A DNA stretch of 64,000 bases, taken from positions 79,128-143,127 of the forward strand of contig CAJWPC010000001.1 in NCBI GenBank assembly GCA_913045225.1, given 5' to 3'. Of the stretch, positions 18,494 through 29,434 are shown one piece after another. Position 1 is the stretch's first letter; each line of letters opens with the position of its first letter. The stretch is from an uncultured Rhodobiaceae bacterium (GTDB taxonomy: Bacteria > Pseudomonadota > Alphaproteobacteria > Rhizobiales > TMED25). The translations under genes were made by a program, and so were the position numbers. The notes under the pieces were generated by a model that had not been told where the DNA came from, did no database searches, and worked only from the letters and a program-made list of their open reading frames with translations.

Positions 18494-19342
18494 ATGTTCA
18501 AATTATCCGGGTATAATTTCAAGTTTTGTATATTGTTCCAAATTATATTTGTCTTATTTTTTTCGGTAAGTGCATTCGCTGCAGGGGAACAAAAAAGAGT
18601 TCAGAAGCATGACTGGACTTTTGCTGGTATATTTGGACATTATGATGATGCTCAACTTCAGCGTGGTTTTCAAGTGTATCGTGAGGTGTGCTCATCTTGT
18701 CACTCAATGAACTATGTATATTACAGAAATTTAGCTGAAGAAGGCGGCCCAGGTTTTACCGTTGAAGAAGTCAAAGTCATTGCATCAGAGGATATGATAA
18801 TTGATGGACCTGATGACTACGGGGAAATGTTCGAAAGACCAGGAAAGCCAAGTGATACGTTTGTTTCCCCATACGCCAATCAAAATGAAGCGCGTGCATC
18901 AAACGGTGGCGCATATCCTCCCGATTTCAGTGTACTCGCAAAAGCTAGAAGTACACTTAGAGGATTCCCTTGGTGGTTTGTTGACTTATTTACAGGGTAT
19001 CAAGAGCAGGGTGTAGATTATATTTATGCTCTCTTGAACGGGTATAGTGAACCACCTGAAGATTTTATATTACAATCAGGCATGCATTATAATGAATACT
19101 ATCCTGGTAACCAGATAGCAATGGGTCAACCACTCTATGAAGAGTCTGTTGAATATGCTGACGGAACTGTAGCAAGTGTTGAACAAATGGCAGAAGATGT
19201 CTCTGCATTCATGATGTGGGCTGCTGAGCCAAAGCTAGAAATTAGAAAACAAATGGGTTTCAAGGTTGCAATATTTTTATTTGTTCTTGCTGGCCTGCTA
19301 TATTACTCAAAGAAGAAAATATGGGCCAGAATTGAACATTAG
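18494..19342 (+). CDS. petC: Cytochrome c1
   Basis: Signal peptide, CSSCH heme motif, PPDFS, C-terminal TM anchor. Confidence 0.97.
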   Translation: MFKLSGYNFKFCILFQIIFVLFFSVSAFAAGEQKRVQKHDWTFAGIFGHYDDAQLQRGFQVYREVCSSCHSMNYVYYRNLAEEGGPGFTVEEVKVIASEDMIIDGPDDYGEMFERPGKPSDTFVSPYANQNEARASNGGAYPPDFSVLAKARSTLRGFPWWFVDLFTGYQEQGVDYIYALLNGYSEPPEDFILQSGMHYNEYYPGNQIAMGQPLYEESVEYADGTVASVEQMAEDVSAFMMWAAEPKLEIRKQMGFKVAIFLFVLAGLLYYSKKKIWARIEH

Positions 19343-19363
19343 AACCAATAAGTAATAGATCCA

Positions 19364-19894
19364 TTGAAAAACAATATAAATTATCTTGAAAAGAAAATAC
19401 GTGCGATAAAAGACTATCCCAAACCAGGTATCACTTATCAAGACATCACACCTCTTTTAAGAGACCCACAGGCCTTTTCACTTGCAATTGACCTATGTTG
19501 TGAAAAAGTGGATCGCGATATCGATTTAATAGCTGCAATTGATGCAAGAGGTTTTATTTTAGGTTCTAGTATTGCATACAAGACCGGAAAAGGAATCATC
19601 CCAATTCGTAAAATGAATAAGCTACCATATAATGTAATAGCAGAAAAATATTCCCTCGAGTATGGTCATGATCAAATTGAATTGCACACTGACTCAATCG
19701 AGGAAGGACAAAAAATAGTTTTGGTTGATGATGTTTTGGCAACCGGCGGAACAACAGAAGCTGCAATTAAACTTATCGATAGGTTAGGGGGTCAGTTGTG
19801 CGCGATAATTTTCTTATTAGAACTCAAAGACTTGAATGGTCGCACAAAGATAGCAAAATATGCAAATAACATTCACTCCTTGATCGAATTTTAG
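19364..19894 (+). CDS. apt: Adenine phosphoribosyltransferase
   Basis: DYPKPGI.YQDITP, YSLEYG, LVDDVLATGGT. Confidence 0.96.
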   Translation: MKNNINYLEKKIRAIKDYPKPGITYQDITPLLRDPQAFSLAIDLCCEKVDRDIDLIAAIDARGFILGSSIAYKTGKGIIPIRKMNKLPYNVIAEKYSLEYGHDQIELHTDSIEEGQKIVLVDDVLATGGTTEAAIKLIDRLGGQLCAIIFLLELKDLNGRTKIAKYANNIHSLIEF

Positions 19895-20988
19895 TTATTG
19901 CTCCTGAAGTGCATAACATCGCCGTCTTGAACTATATATTCCTTACCCTCAAGCCTCATTTTACCAGCTTCCTTCGCTCCTTGTTCCCCGTTATAATTAC
20001 AAAAATCTATATATGATGTGGTTTCTGCTCTTATGAAACCTTTTTCAAAATCTGTATGAATAACAGATGCAGCTTTTGGTGCTAAAGTATTCTTTTTTAT
20101 GGTCCAGGCCCTGGTCTCTTTCTGGCCACTTGTAAAATATGTTATAAGATCAAGTATGTAATAACCTGTTTTGATGACTTTAGTTAGCCCTGTTTCATTG
20201 AGGCCAATACTTTTCAAATATTCATCCTTTTCCAATTCGTCTAGGATTGATAGCTCTGACTCTGTCGAGGCCGAGATAGTTATACAATTGGAGTTTGATT
20301 TTGATACAAAGTCGTGAACTTCCCTGGAAAATACATTTCCTGAAGCTGCATCTGCCTCCTCAACATTACAAATATAAAAGATTGGTTTCGATGTGAGAAG
20401 ATTTAATTCAGTATAGATCTTCTTATTCATATCGTCGACTTTGAATTCCCTTGCCTGTTTTCCAGAGTCTAAAAAAGTTATGATCTTATCAATAAGCTCG
20501 TATGTTGATTTTGCTAGTTCGTCATTTCCCTTTATTTTGCGTTCCAGCCCATTTTTACGATTTTCCAGATTTTGTATATCAGCAAGTAGTAACTCAGTCT
20601 CAATCGATTGGATATCTGATATCGGATCTATCTTATTATTTACGTGGGTGACATTATCATTTTCGAAGCATCTTACAACATGCGCAATCGCATCTGTATC
20701 TCTTATATTTGATAAAAATTTATTACCAAGACCTTCTCCTTTTGATGCACCCTCAACTAAACCTGCTATATCTACAAAATTCAATTTTGTTGGGATTGTA
20801 TTAATTGATTTTGATATCTTACTCAAATTTATAAGCCTTTCATCGGGAACTGAAACCTCTCCTATATTTGGCTCAATGGTACAAAATGGGTAATTACTAG
20901 CCTCAGCATTTGCAGTCTGAGTTAGTGCATTAAATAAAGTAGATTTTCCAACATTCGGTAGTCCCACTATACCGCATTTAAAACCCAT
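19891..20988 (-). CDS. ychF: Redox-regulated ATPase YchF
   Basis: GIVGLPNVGKSTLFN, NYPFCTIEPN, DIAGLV.GAS.GEGLGN, TGS domain. Confidence 0.98.
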   Translation of the reverse strand: MGFKCGIVGLPNVGKSTLFNALTQTANAEASNYPFCTIEPNIGEVSVPDERLINLSKISKSINTIPTKLNFVDIAGLVEGASKGEGLGNKFLSNIRDTDAIAHVVRCFENDNVTHVNNKIDPISDIQSIETELLLADIQNLENRKNGLERKIKGNDELAKSTYELIDKIITFLDSGKQAREFKVDDMNKKIYTELNLLTSKPIFYICNVEEADAASGNVFSREVHDFVSKSNSNCITISASTESELSILDELEKDEYLKSIGLNETGLTKVIKTGYYILDLITYFTSGQKETRAWTIKKNTLAPKAASVIHTDFEKGFIRAETTSYIDFCNYNGEQGAKEAGKMRLEGKEYIVQDGDVMHFRSNN

Positions 20989-20997
20989 AGTTTTCTC

Positions 20998-21609
20998 TCA
21001 CTTAAATAAACCTAAAATTTTTTTTAATGGATTAATTTCTTGGTTTTGGACTTCTACGAGTTCAAAGTTAGCAATGAAGCTCTCTTTTTTATTTAAAATT
21101 TCATAGATGTTATTTGTTAGGTAATTCAGAATTTGATTGAGTTTCTCTTTCTCAGATCCCGTGAAGTTACCCATAACATGACCATTAACCCTCTCTTTAT
21201 TCCCAGGATGCCCTATACCAAGCCTGACTCTTGTATAATTATTATCAATTTTATTAGAAATTGATTTCAGTCCGTTATGGCCTGCGTTACCGCCTCCAGA
21301 TTTAATTCGAATTTTTCCAAATGGGATATCTAGTTCATCATGTAAAACTAATATATTTTTTGAGTCTATCTTATAAAAATTTGCAATTTGAAAGACAGCA
21401 TCGCCAGAATTATTCATGTATGTTTCTGGTTTTATAAGGATAATTCTATTCTTATCTATTATCGTTTCATAAATAATAGAGTTAAATTTCTTTTTAATTT
21501 TATAATCTTGTTGTGCAGAAACAATATTATCTATAGCCATATATCCGATATTATGGCGGGTATATTGGTATTTTTCCCCCGGGTTTCCGAGGCCAACTAT
21601 TAGTTGCAT
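20998..21609 (-). CDS. pth: Peptidyl-tRNA hydrolase
   Basis: GLGNPG..Y..TRHNIG, KP.TYMNNSG, HDELD, GHNGLKS. Confidence 0.97.
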   Translation of the reverse strand: MQLIVGLGNPGEKYQYTRHNIGYMAIDNIVSAQQDYKIKKKFNSIIYETIIDKNRIILIKPETYMNNSGDAVFQIANFYKIDSKNILVLHDELDIPFGKIRIKSGGGNAGHNGLKSISNKIDNNYTRVRLGIGHPGNKERVNGHVMGNFTGSEKEKLNQILNYLTNNIYEILNKKESFIANFELVEVQNQEINPLKKILGLFK

Positions 21610-21623
21610 TGCGCTATTTTTTT

Positions 21624-22274
21624 TTATTCTTGGCTATCTTCATCATCAGAGGTTTCTTGTGCATCACTATCCTCCACCTCTTCTGTTTCATCTGCTTCTT
21701 CAGTAATACCCGCTGGAGCCGCAATTGTAGCAATTGTAAAATCTCTATCAGTAATTGTAGGCGTAACGTCCTCAGGCAAAGTTACTGCTGAGATATGAAT
21801 TGAGTCACCGGTGTCTGCTTCAGAGAGGTCTACTATGATATTTTCAGGTATCGCATCAGCTGGGCATGATAATTCAACATTATAGCGAACAACATTCAGC
21901 ACGCCACCCTTCTTAATGCCTGGACAAATATCATCATTGATGAATGATACAGGTACCTCCACCACAACTTTTGCTTCTTTTGATAGCAATAGAAAATCAA
22001 CGTGCAGTGGTGTATCTTTTACTGGGTGGAGTTGTACATCTTTCGGTATTACACGTGTTTTTTTTCCATCCAAATTCAAATCATATAGTGTTGATAAAAA
22101 TCTACCAGTTTGGAAGTGCTTTACGAGTACTTTTGTTTCAACTGTTATATTTATTGGATCAATACCGGTCCCGTATAGTATGGCTGGTGTATTACCATCC
22201 CGTCTAATTGCACGTGAGCCACCAGTACCTATTTGGTCTCTAATTTTAACTTCGATTTCCTGTATATCAGCCAT
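21624..22274 (-). CDS. rplY: 50S ribosomal protein L25/Ctc
   Basis: SRAIRR.G..PAILYG, VQLHPV....LHVDF, GIKKGG, acidic tail. Confidence 0.96.
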   Translation of the reverse strand: MADIQEIEVKIRDQIGTGGSRAIRRDGNTPAILYGTGIDPINITVETKVLVKHFQTGRFLSTLYDLNLDGKKTRVIPKDVQLHPVKDTPLHVDFLLLSKEAKVVVEVPVSFINDDICPGIKKGGVLNVVRYNVELSCPADAIPENIIVDLSEADTGDSIHISAVTLPEDVTPTITDRDFTIATIAAPAGITEEADETEEVEDSDAQETSDDEDSQE

Positions 22275-22368
22275 TTTATTCTAAATATCTGCTTATGAAT
22301 TTATTAGTAGGTTCTTTTATTATTATCTATAAATAATTTTTAGAAAAAAAGAAAGATTTTTTTAATTA

Positions 22369-23325
22369 TTATATGAAGAGGCTTGAAACAGACTCTTCAT
22401 TTGAAGTTCTCATAATTGCATCGCCCAACAACTTTGCAACAGAAATTATTTTTATTTTTTTAGATCCAGCACCAACAGTTTCGTTAAAGATTGTATCACT
22501 TACAACAAGATTTTTTAGATCAGAGCTATTAATTCTTTCAACTGCTTCACCTGATAGAACGCCGTGAGTAATATAAGCGCTAACTTCTTTTGCCCCTGAC
22601 TCCAGTAATTTACTTGCGGCATTACATAATGTTCCACCAGAGTCTACAATGTCATCAACGAGTATACACGACCTTCCATTTACATCCCCTATAATATTCA
22701 TTACTTCTGATTGGCCGGGTTTATCTCTTCGTTTATCAACAATTGCTAATGGCGCACCACCAATTCTTTCGGCAATAAGTCGTGCCCTTACAACTCCCCC
22801 AACATCTGGCGAGACAACTGTAATTTTTTCAACATCCAGCGTATCTTTTATGCTTGCTACAATAACAGGCGCAGCCGATAGGTTATCCGTTGGTATGTCA
22901 AAAAAACCTTGTATTTGGCCAGCATGAAGATCAATAGTTAAAACTCTGTCAGCACCAGCATTTGTAATAAGGTTTGCAACTAATTTGGCAGAGATCGGAG
23001 TTCTACCCGATGTACGCCTATCTTGGCGAGCATATCCGTAGTAGGGTATTACCGCAGTAATTCTTCGCGCTGATGACCTTTTTAGGGCATCAATAAGTAT
23101 TAATAATTCCATTAAATGATCATTAGCAGGATATGATGTTGACTGTATAACAAAAACGTCCTCACCCCTTACGTTCTCAAGAATTTCGACAAATACTTCC
23201 ATATCAGCAAATCTACGAACGTTGCATTCGGTTAGGGGTATTTTAAGATAATTTGCAATATCTGTCGCAAGCCTCATATTTGAGTTCCCGGCCACGATTT
23301 TTATATTTTGATCTTGTTTTTTCAT
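22369..23325 (-). CDS. prs: Ribose-phosphate pyrophosphokinase
   Basis: [47 protein letters not shown]. Confidence 0.98.
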   Translation of the reverse strand: MKKQDQNIKIVAGNSNMRLATDIANYLKIPLTECNVRRFADMEVFVEILENVRGEDVFVIQSTSYPANDHLMELLILIDALKRSSARRITAVIPYYGYARQDRRTSGRTPISAKLVANLITNAGADRVLTIDLHAGQIQGFFDIPTDNLSAAPVIVASIKDTLDVEKITVVSPDVGGVVRARLIAERIGGAPLAIVDKRRDKPGQSEVMNIIGDVNGRSCILVDDIVDSGGTLCNAASKLLESGAKEVSAYITHGVLSGEAVERINSSDLKNLVVSDTIFNETVGAGSKKIKIISVAKLLGDAIMRTSNEESVSSLFI

Positions 23326-23405
23326 ACCAAGTCGTAGAATTTATTGTTTACACAATAACACTTTATTAAAATAAGTAAATATTTAGGTCTTTTTATAGCG
23401 TATAT

Positions 23406-24170
23406 TTATTTGTTAATGGTGATTGCATTTGCCTGTCTTCCATAATCCATTTCCTTTAGATGAAGAGATCTTCTAAAAGAAAAAAATTCATTACTATTTT
23501 CATATGTGCATTTTTTTATATTACCAATTTCTCTAACGCCACAATTTTTAATTTTATTTATGCAATATCGTGGTAAATCAAAATAGTATTTTTGATTTAC
23601 TTGGATAAAGAGCTCTTTATTTTTATCATCATCAATCACAAAATTATCCAAAAACTCATTGCCAACCTCATATGATTTTTGTTGTATACATGGCCCTATT
23701 ACTATTGATATATTTTCTATTTTTCCACCTAATTCCTGCACCTTCATTAATGTATTTTCTATAATATTATTTTTAGCTCCTTTCCAACCTGCGTGGATTG
23801 CACCAATTATATTTTTCTGTCTCTCATGAAGTAATATAGGAACACAATCGGCTGTCAAAATACAAAGAACAAGTTTTTCACTTTTTGTCACTAGCGCATC
23901 TGCTGTGACACTATGAGAGTCATTTTCCGTAATTACTTTGCATATATTTGTATGTTTTTGTATTGGTATGACAAGACTCGCACCTTCTTTACCCAGCTCT
24001 TTCAGAACTTTTTTTCTATTTTTGCTAGTATTCACATCTGAGTCATCTGACCTTCTACTGCAATTTAGGCTTTTATAAATGCCCTCAGAGTATCCTCCAT
24101 TGCGCGTGAAGAAGCCATAGCTACAGCCACTTAGGTAATTTTTTTTTGATTTTATAAAATTTTTTTTCAT
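23406..24170 (-). CDS. pgeF: PgeF/YfiH (polyphenol oxidase/laccase domain) protein
   Basis: FFTRNGG.S.G.Y.SLN, ADALVT, TADCVP, HAGWKG, FFSFRR. Confidence 0.92.
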   Translation of the reverse strand: MKKNFIKSKKNYLSGCSYGFFTRNGGYSEGIYKSLNCSRRSDDSDVNTSKNRKKVLKELGKEGASLVIPIQKHTNICKVITENDSHSVTADALVTKSEKLVLCILTADCVPILLHERQKNIIGAIHAGWKGAKNNIIENTLMKVQELGGKIENISIVIGPCIQQKSYEVGNEFLDNFVIDDDKNKELFIQVNQKYYFDLPRYCINKIKNCGVREIGNIKKCTYENSNEFFSFRRSLHLKEMDYGRQANAITINK

Positions 24171-25249
24171 TTCATTTTTTCTGGTACTGTAGAATTATTA
24201 TTTGAAAAGTATAGAACCTTAAATAATTTACCCATTTTATCAGGATCAGTTAATCGGTGATACTGTCTATCCAGTTTATTTTTATATTCATCACTTGCAT
24301 TTGATCTCAATATTTTGTATCTCTCAAAGATTCCCAAACTTAGCAGGAAGTCACTCTGATTAATTGGCCCGAATGAATTTATATTCATGGTTCTTGCAAT
24401 TTCTTGATATCTTTTTATGTCTATCAAGCTCGTTAAGTCAGTTTTGCCTGGCTCATAAAAAATAGACCTTTTTTTATGTGCTGAGATTGCTTGCATTGTA
24501 TCACCTCCTCCACCTCTTATTTTGGCGTAGTCTAAAATTAACAGACCACCATTTTTAGATATATTTTCAAAAATTATTTTTAATATATCATCTTGCTTTG
24601 GTGAGATTTCATAAACTTTATAATCATTTAATTCATGTTCTAGAAAGTCTAAATCAGTTGACTGCCCTTTTTGTTTATCAATAACAGAGTAAGTGAATCG
24701 ACCAAGATCATCTAAGTCGATAGCCCTTTCTTTCCAATTACCGGCGTCTCGAATATATTGTTTTATTGGTATTGCATCAAAAAATTCATTTGCAATAAAG
24801 AAGTTTATGCCATCAGGCATTTTCTTCAGCGTACTTACTCTCTTGAAATTGTAATCTATATTACGTGATTGTTCTTCTTTAAGAGTTTCATTTGTGTCAT
24901 ATAACCAAATATTGATTGATTTATAAAAATCTGGAAATTTTTTTGAAACTCTATGAATATCATTCATCATCAAACCATTTCCTGGACCTAATTCTATGAT
25001 ATTAATTTTTTGTTTCCCAATATTTTGCCATGCGGTGATCAGCCAGATCGCGATCATTTCACCAAACATTTGACTGACCTCGGGCGCTGTAATGAAATCA
25101 CGGTCTGCACCAATCGGTCTCTTATATTTGTAATAACCAAAATCCTCATCTTGAAGACATAATGTCATATACTCTTCAATTGTAATGAGCCCATCTTGAT
25201 AAATTTTGTCTTTAATTTTTTCTTCTAGATTTCTAAATTTTTTTTCCAT
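24167..25249 (-). CDS. SAM-dependent methyltransferase, NDUFAF7/MidA family
   Basis: DFITAPEVSQMFGE, ELGPGNG, ANEFFDAIP, DLTS, MGKLFKV. Confidence 0.9.
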   Translation of the reverse strand: MEKKFRNLEEKIKDKIYQDGLITIEEYMTLCLQDEDFGYYKYKRPIGADRDFITAPEVSQMFGEMIAIWLITAWQNIGKQKINIIELGPGNGLMMNDIHRVSKKFPDFYKSINIWLYDTNETLKEEQSRNIDYNFKRVSTLKKMPDGINFFIANEFFDAIPIKQYIRDAGNWKERAIDLDDLGRFTYSVIDKQKGQSTDLDFLEHELNDYKVYEISPKQDDILKIIFENISKNGGLLILDYAKIRGGGGDTMQAISAHKKRSIFYEPGKTDLTSLIDIKRYQEIARTMNINSFGPINQSDFLLSLGIFERYKILRSNASDEYKNKLDRQYHRLTDPDKMGKLFKVLYFSNNNSTVPEKMK

Positions 25250-26042
25250 TTTTTCTATTTAATAGTATTATTCCCAGAATCATCATGGGAATAGAGATAA
25301 TCATACCAATTGTAACTTGACCAAAAATATATCCGATTTGTTCATCTGGCAGTCTATATATTTCTGATATTATTCTGAAAACTCCATAAAAAATAAGGAA
25401 TATTGCTGATGCATTGCCTGGGGTTCTTAGAATACGATATCTTTTACATGCGACTAATAATATAAAAAATAAAACCAAGCCTTCCAATATCGCTTCATAT
25501 ATTTGCGATGGATGTCTAGAAATAAGTTCTCCAGTTGGATATATAACAGACCAAGGAAGATCGGATGGCTTTCCAATTAATTCATGATTTATAAAATTTG
25601 ATATTCTACCAAAGAAGATACCGATAGGCGCAGAAATTGCCAATAGATCTGCCAGTGATAAGAAGTTTAATTTATATTTTTTTGAAAATATTAGTGTTGA
25701 AATGATTATACCAACGAGGCCGCCATGAAAAGACATTCCGCCATTCCAAATTTTATATATTTCATGAAGATTTTCTAAAAAGTAAGAAAGATCGTATATT
25801 AAAACATACCCAAAACGACCGCCTAGTATGATACCAACAATAGCCCATGGAAGAAAATTACTAATCATTTCTCTACCAATGAATTTATCCGCAGCGTAAT
25901 CATGGATAAATTTAGAAGATATATATATCCAGCCAAGCAGGAGGCCCAGACCATAGGATAAGCCGTACCAGTGAATATTAATTGGTCCGATCTGAATCGC
26001 CACGGGGTCAATAACGGGCACGAGCATTGCAATTACATACAT
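25233..26042 (-). CDS. lgt: Prolipoprotein diacylglyceryl transferase
   Basis: IHWYG, GGRFGYV, GGMSFHGG, GRISNFIN, RHPSQIYE. Start ATG 26042 or TTG 26048. Confidence 0.97.
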   Translation of the reverse strand: MYVIAMLVPVIDPVAIQIGPINIHWYGLSYGLGLLLGWIYISSKFIHDYAADKFIGREMISNFLPWAIVGIILGGRFGYVLIYDLSYFLENLHEIYKIWNGGMSFHGGLVGIIISTLIFSKKYKLNFLSLADLLAISAPIGIFFGRISNFINHELIGKPSDLPWSVIYPTGELISRHPSQIYEAILEGLVLFFILLVACKRYRILRTPGNASAIFLIFYGVFRIISEIYRLPDEQIGYIFGQVTIGMIISIPMMILGIILLNRKNGKKI

Positions 26043-26123
26043 TAACAATATTTACCTTTAATTTTTAATTTTAATATATCATAATTACCTAAGAAAATAC
26101 TTTTAACAATAAATGGAGAATTT

Positions 26124-26390
26124 ATGAGTCAGTCGAGCTCAAACTTATTTAGTAAATTAACAGAAATATTGTCCGAAACAGCAGGGGCCGCCAGTGGGGT
26201 AAAAAAGGAAATTGAGATAATAGTAAAATCTCAAGTTGAGAAGTTATTGAATGATTTTGAAGTTGTTCAACGCGATGAATTTGATTTAATAAAAGAAATG
26301 CTCATTAAAGAGAAAGAAAAAAGTACGCTTCTTGAAAAAAAATTAAATGAAATAGAGAAGAAATTAAAAAAAAGAAATTCTACAAAGTAG
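26124..26390 (+). CDS. ubiK: Accessory factor UbiK/BMFP family coiled-coil protein
   Basis: AAG/ASG N-terminus, FEVVQRDEFD motif, C-terminal coiled coil; divergent from lgt. Confidence 0.8.
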   Translation: MSQSSSNLFSKLTEILSETAGAASGVKKEIEIIVKSQVEKLLNDFEVVQRDEFDLIKEMLIKEKEKSTLLEKKLNEIEKKLKKRNSTK

Positions 26391-26499
26391 TGGATAAGTC
26401 ACGAAGATATAGAAATAAAAATACACTCCTAGCTAGCGTAAATAAAAAATTAATCATTTAGCTTAAAATGGTAAATAGGTAAATTTACTTTTTTGTGCA

Positions 26500-26997
26500 A
26501 TGGAAAATTTATTATTTTTAAATAAAAAAAAGCATCCACTCGATGTAATTGAAGAAATTATAGACTCGCAGAGCTATACATTTAAAAGATCATTTCAAGA
26601 TGAATTGGACTTGTGGATATCAAGTAGGAGGTCGAATTTTCGAATAAATTTTAATTGGAATAGCAAATTAGAGGGTATTCACATTATTGTTTTTTTTGAA
26701 ACAAAGATTCCAGAACATAGACAGGATGAGGTGTATAAATTAACCATAAAAATTAATCAATTAATTTGGTTGGGACATTTTGATATCTGGAGTGACGAAC
26801 TAATGCCAGTGTTTAGGTATAATTTGCTGCTTTCTGGAGGCCTTATACCCACTGATATTCAATTCAATTCTTTACTTAGGCATATAACGGATACTTGTGA
26901 AAAATTTTTTCCATCATTCCAATACGTTATTTGGGGAGGAAACAATGCTGACGAGGCAATAAAAAATTCAATATTTACAACTGCTGGGGAATCTTGA
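26500..26997 (+). CDS. YbjN domain protein
   Basis: HPLDVIE, INQLIW.GHFDIW, P.FRY, C-terminal F.T.GE; conserved upstream of proC. Confidence 0.8.
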   Translation: MENLLFLNKKKHPLDVIEEIIDSQSYTFKRSFQDELDLWISSRRSNFRINFNWNSKLEGIHIIVFFETKIPEHRQDEVYKLTIKINQLIWLGHFDIWSDELMPVFRYNLLLSGGLIPTDIQFNSLLRHITDTCEKFFPSFQYVIWGGNNADEAIKNSIFTTAGES

Positions 26998-27815
26998 GTT
27001 TACAAACACTAAAAAAATTATCTCTTATTGGTATGGGTAGGATGGGCAGGTCCATGGTATATGGATGGTTAAATAGCGGTTTAAGCGCTAATAAGATACA
27101 GATTATTGACCCAAATATAAGTATTAATGATGATTTCATAACCGAAAATGATCTGAGTGTGAAATGTCTCGAAGAAATTGACTATACTCAAGGAACAATA
27201 GTCATTGCTGTAAAACCTCAAGTTGTAGAAAATATTCTAATTACACTAAGGGAGAAGTTAACGTCAGAGACAACAATCATATCGATTGTTGCAGGTTACT
27301 CAACCAAAGATATTAGGAATTATATTGGAAAGGCACCTAAATTGATTAGGACGATGCCAAACACACCGGCTGCAATCGGGAAGGGTATGACAGCAATATT
27401 TTCTGATAGCGCTCTGAGCCAAAATATAAGATCAGAAGCCGAGGCTCTGTTCAGCGCCATTGGAAAGTATTGCTGGATAGAAGACGAAGATCATATGCAT
27501 CTAATAACTGCTGTATCTGGCAGTGGCCCGGCTTATTATTATTTACTCACTGAATGTTTGATTGAAATTGCGAGCAGCTGCGGTCTTGAGAAAGATATTG
27601 CGGCATTACTTGTTGAACAAACTTTTACAGGTTCTGCTGCATTGGCAGAAACTTTTCCGAATATTTCTCCAACTCAACACCGTCAAAATGTTACCTCACC
27701 AGGTGGAACAACAGAGGCGGCATTGAAAATATTGATGGAAGATGATAAATTAAAAGGACTATTAGATTTAGCTATTAATAGTGCAGTTGAGAGAAGCAAA
27801 AATCTCTCAAAATAA
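26994..27815 (+). CDS. proC: Pyrroline-5-carboxylate reductase
   Basis: GMGRMG, AVKPQ, RTMPNTP, TAVSGSGPAY, VTSPGGTT. Confidence 0.96.
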   Translation: MSLQTLKKLSLIGMGRMGRSMVYGWLNSGLSANKIQIIDPNISINDDFITENDLSVKCLEEIDYTQGTIVIAVKPQVVENILITLREKLTSETTIISIVAGYSTKDIRNYIGKAPKLIRTMPNTPAAIGKGMTAIFSDSALSQNIRSEAEALFSAIGKYCWIEDEDHMHLITAVSGSGPAYYYLLTECLIEIASSCGLEKDIAALLVEQTFTGSAALAETFPNISPTQHRQNVTSPGGTTEAALKILMEDDKLKGLLDLAINSAVERSKNLSK

Positions 27816-27839
27816 TTTATCAATCTTGAGGTCAATAAA

Positions 27840-28448
27840 TTGGCAGATTTAAATAAAAAGCAGATCATTGCAGCTTTCATAGATATTTTAAAGAAAAATA
27901 GCTACAGCTCTATTACTATTGAAAAAATTGCAAGAAAAGCAAAAGTCAAAAAAGAAGTAATTATGTCTGAGTTTCTTGATGTTGACTCAATAGCACTTCA
28001 ATATCTTAATGAAGTTGATATTGAAACGTTAAATTTGGCAAAAGAGGACTCGGACTTAAATAATCCCAAAGATATTATGTTTAATATCATCATTAATAGA
28101 CTGGAAATATACGAGAGGAGTCGTGCTTCTATTCTCAATTTATTAGATAGAAAATCTGACTTTAGGCTAAAATATATAGCAACATTGCCAAGATTAATAA
28201 AAATCTTTGATCTTATTTATAAAAATAAAAATAATACAAGTTTGAAAAAATTATCTAGAGATGCTGGATTTCTATACATCTACAAACAAGTATTGCGTGC
28301 CTGGATAATAAATAAGGAGATATCGGAGCTTATGTCTATGACCGATAAAAAACTTATAAGAGCTGGTGAAATATATAGCTATATCAGCAAACCGGTGGCT
28401 ATTCTAGACGATCTATTATGTAAGCAACTAAAGACTAAGAAAAATTAG
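27840..28448 (+). CDS. TetR/AcrR-like helical protein
   Basis: N-terminal HTH-like segment (SITIEKIARKAKV), MTDKKL near the C-terminus; divergent. Confidence 0.6.
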   Translation: MADLNKKQIIAAFIDILKKNSYSSITIEKIARKAKVKKEVIMSEFLDVDSIALQYLNEVDIETLNLAKEDSDLNNPKDIMFNIIINRLEIYERSRASILNLLDRKSDFRLKYIATLPRLIKIFDLIYKNKNNTSLKKLSRDAGFLYIYKQVLRAWIINKEISELMSMTDKKLIRAGEIYSYISKPVAILDDLLCKQLKTKKN

Positions 28449-28542
28449 CAATTAAAAATAAAAATATATAGTTTTTTTCTTCCAGAAAAGTTAACAATAT
28501 TGTATATACTGCATATAAGTATTTCAAATATAGAGATGTTTC

Positions 28543-29412
28543 ATGGCACCACATTTTGACAATAGAGAAGGTTATATTTGGTTCAATGGTGATTTTGTCG
28601 ATTGGGCTGATGTAAAACTGCACGTTCTAAGTCATGCATTACATTATGCGAGCTCTGTCTTTGAAGGCGAAAGAGTCTACAAGAAAAAAATATTTAAGCT
28701 AAATGAACATACTGAACGACTGTTTTACTCAGCGAATACGATGGATATGGAAATACCTTATACTATGGATGAAGTGAATGAAGCATGCAACTCTACTGTC
28801 AAAAAAAATAAGATCATTGATGGTTATGTAAGGCCAATTGCTTGGAGAGGTGCAGAAATGATGGGTGTGTCTGCACAAAATACAAAAATCAATTTTGCAG
28901 TTGCTGTTTGGGAATGGCCATCATACTTTGATCCGGAAGAAAGGCTTAAAGGTATTCGGCTGTCACTATCCAAGTGGAGAAGGCCTTCGCCTGAGACCAT
29001 ACCTTGTGATACTAAAGCCGCAGGCTTGTATATGATCTGTACTCTCTCAAAGCATGACGCTGAGAAAAACGGATACGCAGACTCATTAATGTTAGATTTT
29101 GAAGGTTACGTTGCTGAGGCTACAGGAGCAAATGTTTTCTTTATAAAAGACAATGAAATTCATACGCCTAGCCCAGATTGTTTTTTAGATGGTATAACAA
29201 GGAGAACAGTCATAGAGCTTGCAAAGACGAGAGGCCTATCAATCGTCGAAAGAAAGATATTACCAGAGGAAATGGCAGAATTTACTGAGTGTTTTTTGAC
29301 TGGAACAGCTGTTGAGGTCACCCCAGTATCACAAATTGGTCAGTATGATTTCAAACCAGGTCTGATTACAAAAAACTTAATGGAAGACTACATAAGTCTG
29401 GTAAATAGATAG
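28543..29412 (+). CDS. ilvE: Branched-chain amino acid aminotransferase
   Basis: HALHYASSVFEG, YVRP, KAAGLY, EATGAN, LDGITR, TGTAVEVTP. Confidence 0.95.
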   Translation: MAPHFDNREGYIWFNGDFVDWADVKLHVLSHALHYASSVFEGERVYKKKIFKLNEHTERLFYSANTMDMEIPYTMDEVNEACNSTVKKNKIIDGYVRPIAWRGAEMMGVSAQNTKINFAVAVWEWPSYFDPEERLKGIRLSLSKWRRPSPETIPCDTKAAGLYMICTLSKHDAEKNGYADSLMLDFEGYVAEATGANVFFIKDNEIHTPSPDCFLDGITRRTVIELAKTRGLSIVERKILPEEMAEFTECFLTGTAVEVTPVSQIGQYDFKPGLITKNLMEDYISLVNR

Positions 29413-29434
29413 ACCTTTCGCCTGATTTCAAAGA

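Noticed and set aside
20441-20893. Long antisense or alternative-frame ORFs (for example 20441-20893, 21916-22284, 44231-44641, 45927-46415, 51529-51945, 62538-62720)
   Set aside because: They are shadows of conserved genes or rnpB, with Ser/Ile/Phe-rich antisense composition, no motifs and no RBS.
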